64,000 nucleotides of DNA from Gammaproteobacteria bacterium (GTDB lineage Bacteria > Pseudomonadota > Gammaproteobacteria > Xanthomonadales > Xanthomonadaceae): contig JANNWV010000086.1 in NCBI GenBank assembly GCA_031408815.1, forward strand, positions 374-64,373, read 5' to 3'. The notes under the pieces were generated by a model. That model saw nothing but the letters and a program-made list of their open reading frames with translations. It ran no database searches and had not been told where the DNA came from. Of the stretch, positions 1 through 9,332 are shown in pieces. Every line of letters begins with the position of its first letter. Position 1 is the stretch's first letter. The position numbers and the translations under genes are program-made.

Positions 1-82
1 TCGTCACATGTTCTGAATCTGGCGTGAGAGCGCAATGGCAGGCCCATCTGGCCTTTTCCAAAGCCCGTGCTAGCATCGATCC

Positions 83-571
83 ATGCCCGTTTTTCGACCC
101 CAGGAACTACCGTCCTTCAGCCGCCTGAGCTGGCTGATGGGCCTGTACGGCGAAAATTACCAGCGCATGGCGCGCCTACTGGATCTGCACGAACTCGCGC
201 CCGGCGCCTATCTTTCGCGCTGCGCGAACGGGCTGGATCTGGTGGTGGAAGTGCTCGAAGTCCATGCCTACACACTGGAATTGCGCCTGAGCTACCGAAT
301 GAACGACCCGGTCACGGGCCAGCCGGATCCGTCGGCCTACGTGCGTGTTTACCGCGATGCGCGCCAGGCCGAAGTGACGCATTGCTACATCGGGCGCCAT
401 TGGCAGGATGTGCTCGGCTTGCATCCGTCCCCCAAGGTGATGTTCGGCCATCGCCTGCGCATGAACAGCTTCCTCAACAAGTGGCTGGACTACCTGGTCG
501 GGCAGGGTCATGGCCCGCACACTCTGGTTCCGCTGGAGGCTGCCGACGAAGCAAGTGTCGCGTTCGCTTGA
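83..571 (+). CDS. DUF1249 (YqiB-like) domain protein
   Basis: 162-aa ORF starting MPVFRPQELPSF; resembles DUF1249/YqiB proteins as I recall them; ATG at 83. Confidence 0.65.
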   Translation: MPVFRPQELPSFSRLSWLMGLYGENYQRMARLLDLHELAPGAYLSRCANGLDLVVEVLEVHAYTLELRLSYRMNDPVTGQPDPSAYVRVYRDARQAEVTHCYIGRHWQDVLGLHPSPKVMFGHRLRMNSFLNKWLDYLVGQGHGPHTLVPLEAADEASVAFA

Positions 572-596
572 CGAGCGCCCGGGCCATCGCTAAAAT
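568..596 (+). promoter_or_regulatory. sigma70-like promoter for the tRNA-Ala/tRNA-Glu pair
   Basis: TTGACG (568-573), 17-nt spacer, TAAAAT (591-596), then a GC-rich discriminator TCGCG; the tRNA starts at 615. Confidence 0.5.
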
Positions 597-614
597 TCGC
601 GTTCTCCTATCGGT

Positions 615-690
<76 letters not shown>

Positions 691-723
691 CCCGGTTTCA
701 ACAGCGGCACGTTTCAAGTCTTT

Positions 724-799
724 GTCCCCATCGTCTAGAGGCCTAGGACATTACCCTTTCACGGTAGCGACCGGGGTTCGAATCCCCGTGGGGACGCCA
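724..799 (+). tRNA. tRNA-Glu (anticodon UUC)
   Basis: GTCCCCATCGTCTAGAGGCCTAGGACA...CCCTTTCACGG...GGTTCGAATCCCC...GCCA; near-identical layout to enterobacterial tRNA-Glu; 76 nt. Confidence 0.95.
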
Positions 800-823
800 T
801 ATTGCTCGCAAGAGCAACGATCA

Positions 824-848
824 AACCCGGCCTCGGCCGGGTTTTTTC
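824..848 (+). terminator. Rho-independent terminator after tRNA-Glu (also faces the ATPase 3' end)
   Basis: AACCCGGCC / GGCCGGGTT stem followed by TTTTTT. Confidence 0.6.
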
Positions 849-861
849 GTTTCAGCCCTGA

Positions 862-3333
862 TCAGGCGCGGCGCACGCGGATCCAGCCCAGGGCAGGCGC
901 GATGACGATGGGAACCAGCAACGCCAGCAGCCACGGCCCCAGGGGCGGCGGCGAAAACCTGAACCACTCGGCCGTTGCCGCAACCTGGGTCGCGAGGACG
1001 AGGAAGCCGATCGCCAACACGGCAATCGTCCAGAACGCCGCGTTGGGTTGGCGCAGTCGCGCAAGCACGCCGTCACCGGAACGATAGAGAAGGATGAGGC
1101 CGATGTTGCCCGCGACCAGCGCGGTGAACGCGAGCGCCGCGGACTCGCCGGCTGGCAAGCCCATGCGATTGCCCGTGAGATAAATCGCAGCCACCACCAG
1201 GAACATGATGAAACCCTGGCCCAGGCTGCTGACGAGGCTACGCAGGGTCAGCAGGCGCGCTTGGGGTGATCGCGGCTTTCGTTGCATCAGGTCGGCGGCT
1301 GGCGCTTCGCGTTCGAAGGCGATGGTGCACGCCGGATCGATGATCAGCTCCAGGAACACGACGTGCAAGGGCAGCAGCAGCATCGGCCCGCCAGTAAGCA
1401 GCGGCAGCAACGCCAGCCCGGTGATCGGGACATGCACGGCGAGGATGTAGCGCATGGCGCGCTGGATGTTGTCGTAGATGCCGCGCCCCAACTTGACGGC
1501 ACGCACGATGCTGACGAAGTTGTCATCGAGCAGCACGATCGATGCGGCCTCGCGTGCGACGTCCGTACCGCGCCCGCCCATGGCGATGCCGACATGCGCC
1601 GCTAGCAGGGCAGGCGCGTCGTTCACGCCATCGCCGGTCATACCAACCACCTGGCCGGAATTGCGCAGCGATTCAACGAGGCGCAACTTCTGCTCAGGTT
1701 GCACGCGGGCAAAAACATTGCTGACATCCACTACGCGCTGCAGCGCTGCCGGATCGAGTGCCGCCAGTTCAGCGCCGGCCACTACCGGCGCGCCGCCCGG
1801 AAGCCCTGCCTGGCCTGCAATGGCAGCCGCAGTTGCCGCGTGGTCGCCGGTGATCATCAGGATGCGGATTCCGGCCGCATGCGCTTCTGCTATCGCCTCC
1901 ACGACGCCGGACCGCAAAGGATCGTCAAAGGCCACCATGCCACGCCACTGAAGTTTCAACTCGAGCATCGAATCCGGCAGTTCGATGCCCTCCGGCACTT
2001 CGACGCTGGCGACGGCAAGCACGCGCAGTCCTTCTCTTGCCAGCTGATCCAACTCTGCCAGTACGCGCGCTCGTCGGTCGGCATCGAGTCTGCACAAGTC
2101 GGCAACAGTTTCGGGCGCGCCCTTGCACGCCACCAGCACGCCCGACGACTGTCGCCATGCATGGGCGACCGCGGGACAGGCACTGGAGAAGGGATACTCC
2201 CGAACCCGTTCCGTCGGCGCGCTCGCCAGACGACCCTCGGGGTAGCTGGCTGCACGCTCCCGCAACGCACGTTCCATCGGGTCAAGCGAATCGGGGCTGC
2301 TTGCCGCGACAGCGAATCGCAGCAGTTGATCGGCGTCGATGGTTTCGTTGCCCGGGGTCGCGCCATCCGGCACGAGACGCGCAACAGCCATGTGGTTCTG
2401 AGTGAGTGTTCCGGTCTTGTCAGTGCACAGCACGGTGATGGCGCCAAGGGTCTCGATGGCAGAGGCACGGCGCACCAGCACCTTGTGCTGCGCCATGCGC
2501 CATGCGCCCAGCGCCAGGAACACACTGAGCACCAACGGGAATTCTTCAGGGATATTGGCCATGGCCAGCGTGATGCCGGCCAGCAGCGCATCCACCCAGT
2601 TGCCACGCACGGCGAAGTACCAGCCCGCCATTGCCGCGCAGGAAACAAAGCTCAGCACCGCGAACAATCCCACTACGCGTCGCATCTCCACCTGCAACGG
2701 CGTCGCACCGGGATGGATGGCGTGCAAGGCGGCACCGATCCGGCCGACGGCCGTGTGCACGCCCGTCGCAGTCACCTCGGCCAGGCCACGGCCGCGAACC
2801 ACCAGCGTGCTGGCGTGGATCGTGTGCATCCCGGGGTCGTCGGAAACGATGCGGGCCACCGGCACCGACTCGCCGGTCAACATCGATTCGTCCACGTGCA
2901 GGTCGGATTGATCGATCACCCGGGCATCGGCAGGCACGCGGTCGCCCTCCGCCACCAGCACGAGGTCGCCGCGAACGACATCCTCCACCGGAATGACCCG
3001 TATCTCGCCATCGCGCCTGACTCGCGCCTTGGGACTGCCCAGCTCGCGCAGGGCCTGCAGTGCTTTTTCCGAACGTTGTTCCTGCGCAATCGTCACGCCG
3101 ATCACCAGCAACACAGAAGCACCCAGCAATGCCGCCTCGCGCGCATCGCCCAGCACGACGTACAGGACCGACGCGGCAACCAGCAACAGCAGCATCGGCT
3201 CGCGAAGCACGCCGATTGCGATTGCCAGCCAGTCGCGCCGTTCGGGTTGCGGCAACTGATTGCCGCCCTCGGCCAGCAGCCGGGCGCGCGCTTGCTCGCT
3301 CGTCAATCCGGAGCTGGCGTCCGGGTCGGTCAT
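862..3333 (-). CDS. cation-translocating P-type ATPase (type II, Ca2+/Mg2+-like)
   Basis: 823 aa; motifs TGES, CTDKTGTLT, MITGD, TGDGVNDAPAL; N-terminal Cation_ATPase_N-like segment; multiple TM helices. Confidence 0.9.
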   Translation of the reverse strand: MTDPDASSGLTSEQARARLLAEGGNQLPQPERRDWLAIAIGVLREPMLLLLVAASVLYVVLGDAREAALLGASVLLVIGVTIAQEQRSEKALQALRELGSPKARVRRDGEIRVIPVEDVVRGDLVLVAEGDRVPADARVIDQSDLHVDESMLTGESVPVARIVSDDPGMHTIHASTLVVRGRGLAEVTATGVHTAVGRIGAALHAIHPGATPLQVEMRRVVGLFAVLSFVSCAAMAGWYFAVRGNWVDALLAGITLAMANIPEEFPLVLSVFLALGAWRMAQHKVLVRRASAIETLGAITVLCTDKTGTLTQNHMAVARLVPDGATPGNETIDADQLLRFAVAASSPDSLDPMERALRERAASYPEGRLASAPTERVREYPFSSACPAVAHAWRQSSGVLVACKGAPETVADLCRLDADRRARVLAELDQLAREGLRVLAVASVEVPEGIELPDSMLELKLQWRGMVAFDDPLRSGVVEAIAEAHAAGIRILMITGDHAATAAAIAGQAGLPGGAPVVAGAELAALDPAALQRVVDVSNVFARVQPEQKLRLVESLRNSGQVVGMTGDGVNDAPALLAAHVGIAMGGRGTDVAREAASIVLLDDNFVSIVRAVKLGRGIYDNIQRAMRYILAVHVPITGLALLPLLTGGPMLLLPLHVVFLELIIDPACTIAFEREAPAADLMQRKPRSPQARLLTLRSLVSSLGQGFIMFLVVAAIYLTGNRMGLPAGESAALAFTALVAGNIGLILLYRSGDGVLARLRQPNAAFWTIAVLAIGFLVLATQVAATAEWFRFSPPPLGPWLLALLVPIVIAPALGWIRVRRA

Positions 3334-4724
3334 GGTTTGCGCAAGTCCACCACTTCAAGGTAATCGGGCACGTGTACGTCCCATTGCAGCTCGCGGTCTA
3401 TTCGCACGCGCAGCGCCTCTGCCGCCTCGGGCTCGCCGTGGGTGATGAAGACGCGGCGCGGAGGTTTTGGCGCCGATCGAAGCCAGGACAGGATCTCGTT
3501 GCCGTCCGCGTGCGCGGAGGCGCTGGTCAACTGCACGACTTCAGCATTCACGGCGACGTCTTCCCCGTAGATGCGAATCGACTTTGCGCCGGCGGCCAGC
3601 GATGCGCCGCGCGTACCGCCGGCCTGGAAGCCGGAAAGCACGATGGCATTGCGTGGATCCGGGGCGAAGGCGATCAGATGGTGCAGAACTCGACCGCCGG
3701 TGGCCATCCCGCTTGCGGACACGATGATCATCGGGCCCTTGCGTCGATTCAGCGCCTTGGATTCCTCGACCGTATTCACCAGGCGCGTCATGGACCGCAT
3801 CGCGTCCATGTCGGCGCCCGAGAGGCGATGCAAGTCCGGATATTTCCGGTACAACGCCGTCACGTCGGTCGCCATCGGGCTATTGAGGTAGACCGGTACT
3901 TCCGGAATCGCGCCGCTGGCCTGGATACGCGCGATCGCATGCAGGAGCAATTGCGCGCGACCGACTGCGAAAGCTGGAACGACGACCACGCCCTTGCGGT
4001 CGATCGTCCTGCGCAGCACGTCGGTGAGTTCGAGCTCGAGGTCGTCCGGCGGATGCAGGCGATTGCCGTAAGTGGATTCGGTGACGATCCAGTCGCTTTC
4101 CAGCGGCGGGGACGGCGCCAGCATCATCGGATCATGCGGTCGCCCGATGTCGCCGCTGAAGGTGATGCGATGCCCGTCGTAGGCAACCCCGACCGATGCA
4201 GCGCCCAGGATGTGGCCCTGCTGGCGCAAGACGGCACGCACGCCGGGCGCAGGTTCGAATTCGTCATCAAGGTCCACGCCGTGCAGAAGCTCAAGGCTGC
4301 GCAGGGCGTCGGCTTCGGTGTACAAGGGTTCGGCAGGGTGGTGTCGCGACGAGCCCTTGCGCTCGGCAAAGCCGGCCTCTTCTTCCTGCAATCGGCCGGA
4401 ATCGGGCAACAGGATCGTGCACAGGCTGCGGGTCGGGCGCGTGCACCAGACCCGGCCCCGGAATCCTTGCCGCATCAGGCGCGGCAGGTAGCCACTGTGG
4501 TCGAGGTGGGCATGGGTCAGGATGACGGCGTCGATGCTGCCCGCTTCAACCGGGAAGGGCGCCCAGTTGCGCAGGCGCAGGGTCTTGTAGCCTTGGAACA
4601 GGCCGCAGTCGATCAGTATCCGGGCGTTTCCCGCCTGGACCAGGTGGCGGGAGCCGGTCACGGTCGAATTGGCGCCCAAGAACGTCAGTTCGAAGGGGGA
4701 GCCTGTCGGGCTGTTCACACTCAT
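3330..4724 (-). CDS. MBL-fold metallo-hydrolase with beta-CASP/RNA-specificity-type C-terminus
   Basis: LTFLGANSTVTGS and THAHLDHSG (HxHxDH) motifs. Start re-picked to MSVNSPTG (ATG 4724, AAGGA about 10 nt upstream). Stop overlaps the ATPase start as ATGA (3330-3333). Confidence 0.85.
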   Translation of the reverse strand: MSVNSPTGSPFELTFLGANSTVTGSRHLVQAGNARILIDCGLFQGYKTLRLRNWAPFPVEAGSIDAVILTHAHLDHSGYLPRLMRQGFRGRVWCTRPTRSLCTILLPDSGRLQEEEAGFAERKGSSRHHPAEPLYTEADALRSLELLHGVDLDDEFEPAPGVRAVLRQQGHILGAASVGVAYDGHRITFSGDIGRPHDPMMLAPSPPLESDWIVTESTYGNRLHPPDDLELELTDVLRRTIDRKGVVVVPAFAVGRAQLLLHAIARIQASGAIPEVPVYLNSPMATDVTALYRKYPDLHRLSGADMDAMRSMTRLVNTVEESKALNRRKGPMIIVSASGMATGGRVLHHLIAFAPDPRNAIVLSGFQAGGTRGASLAAGAKSIRIYGEDVAVNAEVVQLTSASAHADGNEILSWLRSAPKPPRRVFITHGEPEAAEALRVRIDRELQWDVHVPDYLEVVDLRKP

Positions 4725-4779
4725 AAATAGAATCCTTGCTGATGAATGGCACGAGACGTACTTCATCGGTCGGCATGCC

Positions 4780-5556
4780 ATGATGCACGGGATGACCACC
4801 TCCGTAACGATTGACTTCCATCGGCTGCGGCAGAGTTGTGCGCATTGCTCGCTGCAGCAGTTGTGTCTTCCCGCGGGAATTGGCCCAAGCGACCTGGCGC
4901 GCCTGGATGAGATCGTCCGACGACGCCGCCCGATTGAACGCGGTGATCGCCTGTTTCGGCACGGCGATCCGATGTCGTGTGTCTACGTGGCGCGCGATGG
5001 CGCCTTCAAGACGGTCAGCGTGAGCGAAGACGGGGAAGAACACATCCTGGGTTTTCATCTTGCCGGCGAGCTTATCGGACTGGACGCCCTGGGCGATGGC
5101 TTTCATCGCTGCGAGGCCATTGCCCTTACGCCCGCCAACATTTGCGAAGTACCGTTTGCGGATTTGTCCAGCGTGGCCGGACAGCTGCCCAGCCTGCAAA
5201 ACCAGTTGCTCCGCGTCATCGGCCAGAGTCTCAACCGCGATAACGACCACCGCGAGATCCTGGTCCGGCGCCAGGCGAACGAGCGCATCGCGCTGTTCCT
5301 GCATGGATTGAGCGAACGCTACCGATTGATCGGCTCGTCCCCGCATTCGTTCAAGCTGCCGATGAGTCGCGAGGACATCGCACGCTTCCTTGGCCTTGCC
5401 CTGGAAACCGTCAGCCGCGGCTTCACCCGATTGCAGGAAGAGGGCGTCATCGCCGTGCACGGAAGACAGGTGGAGATCACCAACGAGGTCGAACTGGAAC
5501 GCATGGTCCATTCCGCTGAACTCGAACCGGCGACACGCCAGGCTCGCCGCAGCTGA
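4780..5556 (+). CDS. fnr: Crp/Fnr family regulator, FNR-type [4Fe-4S] oxygen sensor (paralogue 1)
   Basis: N-terminal C-x2-C-x5-C (SCAHCSLQQLC) plus central Cys (NICEVPF) aligning with E. coli FNR C20/C23/C29/C122. Recognition helix ETVSR. The start is uncertain (ATG 4780, 4783 or 4792). Confidence 0.85.
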   Translation: MMHGMTTSVTIDFHRLRQSCAHCSLQQLCLPAGIGPSDLARLDEIVRRRRPIERGDRLFRHGDPMSCVYVARDGAFKTVSVSEDGEEHILGFHLAGELIGLDALGDGFHRCEAIALTPANICEVPFADLSSVAGQLPSLQNQLLRVIGQSLNRDNDHREILVRRQANERIALFLHGLSERYRLIGSSPHSFKLPMSREDIARFLGLALETVSRGFTRLQEEGVIAVHGRQVEITNEVELERMVHSAELEPATRQARRS

Positions 5557-5564
5557 GTCCGCGT

Positions 5565-6287
5565 TCAAGCCTGCACCGGTAGGCAGCCGAGCGCGGCAAG
5601 CACGTCGCCCACCACGGGTACATGCGCAAGCCAAGGCGCAGCCAGCGTGATCACCCCTGCGAGGAAAACGAAAGCGGCGGCTGCATTTCGTCGCAAGGGA
5701 TCGTGCAGCCATCGGCCCAGTCGCGCACCCGACCAGGTCAGCGGCAGCATCACGGGCAACGTACCGAGGCCGAAGGCGGCCATGGTCAGGGCGCCATTGG
5801 CCGCGCTCGCCTGCAACCACGCGGCGACTAGCAGGGTGGTGCTCAGCCCACAGGGCAACCAGCCCCAGAGCATGCCTGCCGCAATGCGCTTGGATCGGCT
5901 GTCGATGGGCAGCAGCCTTCGCTGCAAGGGCGCCAGCAGGCGCCAGGTGCCGAGGCCTGCCCGGGACGCACCGGAACCCGCCAGCAAGCCCGACAGTCGC
6001 AATGCGGCGAGCACCAGCACCACACCCACCAGCATCCGCGAGCCCACGGCCAGCCATTGCATTCGCGACGCCTGGACGATGCCCTGGCCGAGCCCGCCGG
6101 CGAGGGCGCCTGCGATGATGTAGCCGCCGACGCGCCCCAGGTTGGTCTCGACGGCCGTGCCCCATCCACTTCGGTTGGACAGGGCCTGGAAGCCGGTCGC
6201 GATGCCTCCGCACATGGCTACGCAGTGCGCGCCGCCCAGCAAGCCGGCGATCAGGGCCGCGACGATGGTCAGCCAGTCAGGTGTCAT
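5565..6287 (-). CDS. DsbD_2 / TauE-SafE-like membrane protein associated with cbb3 assembly genes
   Basis: Polytopic membrane protein with GGAHCVAMCGG and WLPCGL motifs. Start re-picked to MTPDWL (6287). Overlaps the ccoS stop by 11 nt. Confidence 0.6.
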   Translation of the reverse strand: MTPDWLTIVAALIAGLLGGAHCVAMCGGIATGFQALSNRSGWGTAVETNLGRVGGYIIAGALAGGLGQGIVQASRMQWLAVGSRMLVGVVLVLAALRLSGLLAGSGASRAGLGTWRLLAPLQRRLLPIDSRSKRIAAGMLWGWLPCGLSTTLLVAAWLQASAANGALTMAAFGLGTLPVMLPLTWSGARLGRWLHDPLRRNAAAAFVFLAGVITLAAPWLAHVPVVGDVLAALGCLPVQA

Positions 6288-6459
6288 CAGGCTTGTCGTT
6301 CGCGGCGGGGGGCGCGGGCTTGGACTCGTCGCGCAGCATGTCGATGGACGGACTGTCGAGGTCATCGTACTGGCCGCTGCGGACGGCCCACAGGAAGGCC
6401 CAGATGGCGAGTCCCAGCAGGGCCAGGCTGATCGGTACGAGGACCAGCAGGATCGTCAT
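6277..6459 (-). CDS. ccoS: cbb3-type cytochrome oxidase assembly protein CcoS
   Basis: 60 aa, MTILLVLVPISLALLGLAIWAFLWAVRSGQYDDLD, a typical CcoS/FixS signature. Confidence 0.85.
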   Translation of the reverse strand: MTILLVLVPISLALLGLAIWAFLWAVRSGQYDDLDSPSIDMLRDESKPAPPAANDKPDDT

Positions 6460-6460
6460 G

Positions 6461-8833
6461 TCAGGGGCTTCCGCGCGCCAGGCGCAATGCATTGAGGGTG
6501 ACCAGTAGCGACGACGCTGCCATGCCGACCGCCGCCAGCCACGGGGACAGGGTACCGCTAGCCGCCAGCGGCAAGGCCAGAACGTTGTACGCCACGGCCC
6601 AGGACAGATTCTGCCGCACGATGCGACGGGTTCGGCGCGCGAGCTCGATGGCTTGTGGCAGTCGCGACAGGGACGGACTCGTCATCACCAGGTCGGCGGC
6701 GCGCTGGGCAATGGCGGCGCCGTCTGCCATCGCCAGCGAGACATCGGCGCCCGCAAGCACCGGGGCGTCGTTGATGCCGTCACCAATCATCGCGACGATC
6801 CGACCTTGTGATTGAAGTTCGCGGACACGGGCAAGTTTTTTCTCGGGGGTTTGGCGTGCGGACAGCTCGTCGATGCCCAGCCTGTCCGCAACCTCGCGCA
6901 CGGCAGACTCCGAATCACCGCTGCAGATCGCCACCGAAACACCCAGTTGCCGCAGTTGCCGGATGGCTTCGCCTGCATCCGCGCGAATGTCCTCGAGCAA
7001 CTGGAAGCTGGCATGGCCGGTTCGGCCGTCGCCAAGCCAGATGCGTCCGTCATCGGGGTTGCCTGCGGCGAATCCGGGTCGTCCGATGCGCCACTGGCGA
7101 CCGCCGATGGTGCCTTCGATCCCCGTGCCCGGCACTTCGCGACGATGTGATACCGGCAACAGCACCGTGGCATCCTGGAAAGCGGTGGCGATCGGGTGCT
7201 TGCTGTCGCGCTCCAGTGCAGCAGCAATTTCCATCAGGTACGCCGGATCTTCCACGGTGCAGACCTGCATGGCCGCAATCGAGCGCCGGGCGAGCGTGAG
7301 TGTTCCGGTCTTGTCGAACAAGACGCAATCCACGCGCGCCAGCGTTGCCAGAGCATCGGGCGACAGGGCCAGGATACCCGTCGACGCAAGCCGACCGTGC
7401 GCGGCTGTCAACGCGGCGGGAATGGCCAGCGACAGGGCGCAGGGACAGCTGATGACGAGAACGGCAAGGGTCACTTCCAGCGCGCGGGACGGGTCGTGCG
7501 CGTGCCACCATGCGAACACGATGGCCGCGCAAAGAATCAACACAATGGCAAAGATGCTGGCAATGCGGTCCGCCGTCTGCGCCAGGGCGGGCCGGTCCGC
7601 CTGTGCCCGTTCGACCAGGCGAGTCATCTCCGAAACGCGGGTGTCGCTACCGGTCCGCTCCACGGCAAGCCGGACCGCCTGGCCGACGCAGACGCTGCCG
7701 GCAAGGGCCAGGTCACCGGGGTTGCGCAGGATGGGCGTGGACTCGCCGGTCAGCAATGCTTCGTCGAAGCTTCCGGCCTGGTCGAGCACGCGTGCATCCG
7801 CCGGGACATTTTCACCCGGACACACGCGCACCACATCGTCGATGCGCAGTTCGTCGACAGACACCTCTTCAAGTCCGCCCTCGGCCATCTCGCGTGTCGC
7901 GAGCACGGGATGAGCACGTGCCAGCGCATCCACTTGCGCACCTGCAAGCCGTCGCGCGCGCAGCTCGAGCATTCGCGCGAACAACAGCAGCAACACAAAC
8001 ATGACGGCTGCGTCGTACCAGACCTGGGGTCCCCCGCGAAGGGTCTCGACCAGGCTGGCGCCATAGGCGAGCAGGGTGGAGCCGGCAACCAGCGTGTCCA
8101 TCCCTATCCGGCGGCCACGCAACTCGCGGGCCATGCCCTGCAGGAACGGCCAGCCGGAATAGAACACCACGGGTGTGGCGACCATGAAGGTTATCCAGCG
8201 AAAGAAATCCCGAGTGGCGACGGCCATGTCGCCGTTGGAATCGAAGTACAGCGCCTCGGCGAACATCATCGCCTGCATCGCGCCGAGTCCGGCCACGCCC
8301 AAGCGCATCAGGCTGGTGCGTCGCTCGATCCTGAGCGCCTGTTCCCGCCCTTCGCCCGAAGCCAGCCAGGGCCGGTATCCCAGGCGCGACAGTCGGCTCA
8401 TCAGCGACGAAAGTTTTACTAGCGAAGGATTCCAGCGCACCTGCACGCGGCCGGTGATCGCATTGGCGGTGGCATCGGTAACCCCGGTTTCCGAACGCAG
8501 CGCGCGATCGATCAACCATGCGCAGGCGGCGCAGCGCATGCCTTGTGTCAATACGGTTATTTCGCGGTCGGCATCGATGGTTCGCGTCTGTGCTGCCAGG
8601 AAGTTGTCGCGGTCCCAAGCTGAAAAATCCACGGCATCGGTATCGACTCGCGTACCCGACGCACTGCGCAGCCGGTAGTAGTCGCCCAGGTCCGCGTTCG
8701 CAATCCAGTCTGCGGCGGCAGCGCAACCCTCGCAGCAGAAAACCTGTTCGACGTCCGCACTCCGACGAGTGGCGGGGCTGTCCGCGACCGGTTCGCCACA
8801 ATGGAAACAAGCCGCTCGCGCGCGGATGTCCAT
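6461..8833 (-). CDS. ccoI: heavy-metal (copper) translocating P-type ATPase CcoI/FixI
   Basis: 790 aa; N-terminal CxxC pairs, CPC TM motif, DKTGTLT, GDGINDAP; sits between ccoH and ccoS. Confidence 0.9.
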   Translation of the reverse strand: MDIRARAACFHCGEPVADSPATRRSADVEQVFCCEGCAAAADWIANADLGDYYRLRSASGTRVDTDAVDFSAWDRDNFLAAQTRTIDADREITVLTQGMRCAACAWLIDRALRSETGVTDATANAITGRVQVRWNPSLVKLSSLMSRLSRLGYRPWLASGEGREQALRIERRTSLMRLGVAGLGAMQAMMFAEALYFDSNGDMAVATRDFFRWITFMVATPVVFYSGWPFLQGMARELRGRRIGMDTLVAGSTLLAYGASLVETLRGGPQVWYDAAVMFVLLLLFARMLELRARRLAGAQVDALARAHPVLATREMAEGGLEEVSVDELRIDDVVRVCPGENVPADARVLDQAGSFDEALLTGESTPILRNPGDLALAGSVCVGQAVRLAVERTGSDTRVSEMTRLVERAQADRPALAQTADRIASIFAIVLILCAAIVFAWWHAHDPSRALEVTLAVLVISCPCALSLAIPAALTAAHGRLASTGILALSPDALATLARVDCVLFDKTGTLTLARRSIAAMQVCTVEDPAYLMEIAAALERDSKHPIATAFQDATVLLPVSHRREVPGTGIEGTIGGRQWRIGRPGFAAGNPDDGRIWLGDGRTGHASFQLLEDIRADAGEAIRQLRQLGVSVAICSGDSESAVREVADRLGIDELSARQTPEKKLARVRELQSQGRIVAMIGDGINDAPVLAGADVSLAMADGAAIAQRAADLVMTSPSLSRLPQAIELARRTRRIVRQNLSWAVAYNVLALPLAASGTLSPWLAAVGMAASSLLVTLNALRLARGSP

Positions 8834-8837
8834 CGGA

Positions 8838-9332
8838 TTAGTTCACGTCCAGCGCCGAACCCAGCCGGACGGCATGGCCGCCGGTTTGCACGCGCCCGAG
8901 GACTCGCCAGCCGCCATCGGTGGGGCCCAGTCGGGCAATCCAGTCGTGGTCGGCTTCGGTTTTCGCCAGAGCGCTCCAGCCGTGTGCGGATGGCAACAGA
9001 ACCACACGCCGGTCGCGCGCCGAATCGGTCGGATGGCTGAGGTCCAGGACCAGTGGCTCGGTCCGCGGCACGTCGCCGCTGACCGGCAGCACGTCGATGG
9101 AGTCGGGGCCAATGCGCAGGATGACGGCAAGTTTCATCGCGCTGGCGCGCTGGTCCGGCCCCAACTCGCTCACCTGGATTTGCGCGCGTCGCTGCACCTT
9201 GTCCGTGACCTCGTCGGCGCCGCCGCTACGGACGGCAGTCACCACCAGCAACACGCCTGCAACCACGGACGCCGCAGGCAGGCCCCAGATCAGCCAGACC
9301 ATCGGCTCGCGATGCGCCGGTCGATTGGTCAT
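8838..9332 (-). CDS. ccoH: FixH/CcoH family protein
   Basis: 164 aa with a single N-terminal TM; called mainly from its position between ccoG and ccoI. Confidence 0.7.
   Translation of the reverse strand: MTNRPAHREPMVWLIWGLPAASVVAGVLLVVTAVRSGGADEVTDKVQRRAQIQVSELGPDQRASAMKLAVILRIGPDSIDVLPVSGDVPRTEPLVLDLSHPTDSARDRRVVLLPSAHGWSALAKTEADHDWIARLGPTDGGWRVLGRVQTGGHAVRLGSALDVN

Noticed and set aside
1699-3363. Long ORFs antisense or out of frame to recognised genes. Examples are 1699..3363(+), 3060..4730(+), 4546..6213(-), 13199..14347(+), 13218..14510(-), 15847..17349(+), 20397..22133(-), 29538..31538(+), 32043..33758(+), 42727..43962(+), 44762..46267(+), 47260..48429(+), 57074..58279(+) and 61711..63285(+).
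   Set aside because: Their translations are Arg/Ala/Gly/Pro-rich and low in complexity, with no recognisable motifs. Each lies entirely opposite or overlapping a gene with strong family signatures. These are typical shadow ORFs of GC-rich DNA.
4811-4824. Possible FNR half-site TTGACTTCCATCGG inside the 5' end of fnr, as a promoter element for the divergent MBL-ATPase pair.
   Set aside because: Only one half-site matches (core 6/8). It lies within coding sequence and about 93 nt from the MBL start. This is too weak to call without conservation data.
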